From the NCBI GenBank assembly GCA_964106645.2, contig OZ067052.1: a stretch of DNA of 64,000 nucleotides, one strand, 5' to 3'. The notes beneath the pieces are model-generated. The model saw nothing but the letters and a program-made list of their open reading frames with translations. It ran no database searches and was not told where the DNA came from. Of the stretch, positions 62,158 through 64,000 are shown piece by piece. The DNA comes from Podarcis pityusensis. Lineage: Eukaryota. Numbering within the stretch: the stretch's first letter is position 1; the number at the start of each line of letters is the position of its first letter. Both the position numbers and the translations under genes were made by a program.

Positions 62158-62399
62158 CAGTGGTACCTCAGGTTAAGTACTTAATTCGTTCCGGAGGTCC
62201 GTTCTTAACCTGAAACGGTTCTTAACCTGAAGCACCACTTTAGCTAATGGGGCCTCCTGCTGCCGCCGAGCCGCCGGAGCCCAATTTCTGTTCTTATCCT
62301 GAAGCAAAGTTCTTAACCTGAAGCAGTATTTCTGGGTTAGCGGAGTGTGCAACCTGAAGCGTATGTAACCTGAAGCGTATGTAACCCGAGGTACCACTG
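62158..62399 (-). mobile_element. Tigger-like MITE, 242 bp
   Basis: TA TSD, TIRs, extra 16 bp duplication aacctgaagcgtatgt. Confidence 0.92.
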
Positions 62400-63420
62400 T
62401 ATACCACTTTGGTCTTTTTAAGGAAAAGCAGCTGAAGGAACTTAAAAAAACAAAACAAAAACCTTGCATTTGACGGAGTGGAAAAAGAGCAAAGGGTAGG
62501 TTCTCATTGCAAAGCTGGTCTATGGAAGAATGCAGTTGCTTCCTGCCTGAATCATACTTCATCATCAAGGTCCGTTTTGAGGAAGCAGGGAAATGAGCCT
62601 TAAGACAGGGAGCATGCACCTTAGACAGGGATGCTTGGATTTTGCAAGCCTGCATAAGCCACCCTTCCAGCAGCAACCGAAAAAGGCACCCACCTCCTAG
62701 AACTGCCCCCCCTTCAAGGAGGGGCTTTGTTTTTCTCACTGTAACCTTATTCACGAGGCAAAAAAAGAGAGAAGTTGGCACACAGCAGATAAAGCTGCTT
62801 GGATTTCTCTGCTTCTAATGTATTCTAATGTCCCGGTTCCAAAACAAATTTCTTTGTTCAATATTCATTAATTGCTCAGTTACCTTGAAATGAGAATTTT
62901 TGAGAGCCCGAAGGAACGCATTAAAAGGCCGAATCAACAGGGAAGGGAGGAGGGAACCACACACACACCAAATCTTTGCAACCCCAAAGGGAATTAAAGA
63001 AAGAAAAATGGTATCCCTCCTGCTAGTTTTAGAGAGACACATTCTCCACATCTGTATTTATTCCTGAAGGTGTACAGCCTGAAAGGATCTTGGCAAGTGG
63101 GTAAACAAGCATGTGGGTTCTAGGACTGGCTGCCAATCAGATGCACAAGACTTAGTACCAAATAAGCCATTGGTGTTTCTCAGGAAGGAAGGCTAAAAGG
63201 GGAATGGCTCAGACCCTTTCTAGCCTGTGCCCTGGGGAACGAGAGTTGGACACACACATCTGCAGGAGAGAAGCCAAGCCCACAGATCTTCCTAGCAAAA
63301 GCTCAAGTGGAAGAGGCACCCCATTTTTGTCTGCTTGGTTGTTTATCATTCCATAAGGTATATTACTTCCCTGATCCAGGTAACAGGTTGCATATGTCAC
63401 AACAGTGCCACATTAAGGAA

Positions 63421-63598
63421 GGGCCATAGCTCAGTGGTAAAGCACCTGCTTTGCATGCAGAAGGTCCTGGGTTCAAACCCCAATGGCATCTCCAGGTAGG
63501 GTTGAGAAAGGACTCCTGTCTGAAACCCTGGAGAGCTTCTCTCTGGTCAGTGTGGACCATACTAAGCTAGATGGACCAATGTTATGAATCAGTATAAG
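63421..63598 (+). mobile_element. tRNA-Ala(TGC)-headed SINE with CR1-type tail (best-preserved copy)
   Basis: gggccatagctcagtggtaaagcacctgctTTGCAtgcagaaggtcctgggttcaaaccc...gcatctcca, tail gctagatggaccaatg...cagtataag cut off by the next element. Confidence 0.85.
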
Positions 63599-64000
63599 TG
63601 TCAGGGAGGATGTCGGGAGTTGGTCAGCAATAACTCACAAGGTGTCAGTGAAGTTAACTCTTTATTCAAAGAAACAAAATAGCTCAGGCCTAGTGAGCAC
63701 AGTAACTCTTTCCAATAGATCTTGCCCCAATGAGGCAGTTGCAAGGACTGAAGGTTCCTACTTTCCCACAGCTAGGCTCCTTTGTCTTGCCTCTCTTTGT
63801 TCCACCCTCTTCATACCTCTGCAGGTGATGGGAGACCAGCGGGGAGGGGAGCTGGTCACAGCAGGAGGGGAAGACTTATTCAGCAGCCTGCCCCATCTCT
63901 GCTTCTTCTCTCCAGTCTCTGCTTCTGCCTCTGATTCTGGGCTGCTCTCTGTCACAGACTCTTCCTGCTCACTAAGTCCTGTTGCCTCTTCAGTTTCTGA
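63599..64000 (-). mobile_element. LTR-like element (Gypsy-type), runs off the window
   Basis: Begins TGTCA exactly where the SINE tail breaks, AATAAA on minus at 63661-63666, acidic/Ser/Pro then Arg-rich pseudo-frame. Confidence 0.55.

Larger units (their letters stand above)
45091..64000 (-). other. ZBTB16: ZBTB16 intron 2, distal part (the large BTB-encoding exon 2 lies beyond the right edge)
   Basis: No BTB or ZF1 coding sequence seen upstream of the exon 3 acceptor within the window. Confidence 0.85.

Noticed and set aside
62173-62781. 202 aa ORF
   Set aside because: The C-terminal part is the translated Tigger-like MITE, with no transposase motifs.
1-64000. A novel multi-gene biological system
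   Set aside because: Everything coding is explained by two ZBTB16 exons and retroelement remnants. I could not recognise any nested gene, snoRNA or known miRNA.

Overview
This is vertebrate nuclear DNA from a squamate, most likely a lacertid lizard, judging by a Podarcis-type Sauria SINE plus BovB, CR1, L2 and L1 fragments. The whole window lies inside ZBTB16 (PLZF) on the minus strand. Only two short coding exons are present, numbered as in the human 7-exon model: exon 3 (45090-44993, 98 nt, end of ZF1 plus ZF2) and exon 4 (10089-10003, 87 nt, ZF3). Both have canonical AG/GT ends and compatible phases across a ~34.9 kb intron. The rest is intron: many SINE/LINE/hAT/Tigger-type repeats, often nested, between repeat-free, motif-dense blocks that look like conserved non-coding enhancers. 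There are two assembly gaps. Nearly all ORFs in the supplied track are spurious or repeat-derived. I see no evidence of a new gene system, operon or CRISPR-like array. The best leads are: (i) a cluster of canonical glucocorticoid/androgen/progesterone response elements in intron 3; (ii) PBX-HOX and HOX13/CDX motif clusters in intron 2; (iii) a TSD-flanked fold-back insertion at 17.7-18.2 kb; (iv) tRNA-Lys- and tRNA-Ile(GAT)-headed SINEs sharing one CR1 tail; (v) a (TC)14 microsatellite forming the acceptor tract of the in-frame-skippable ZF3 exon; (vi) inverted repeat pairs flanking exon 3. Conservation could not be computed, so all enhancer calls are inference.
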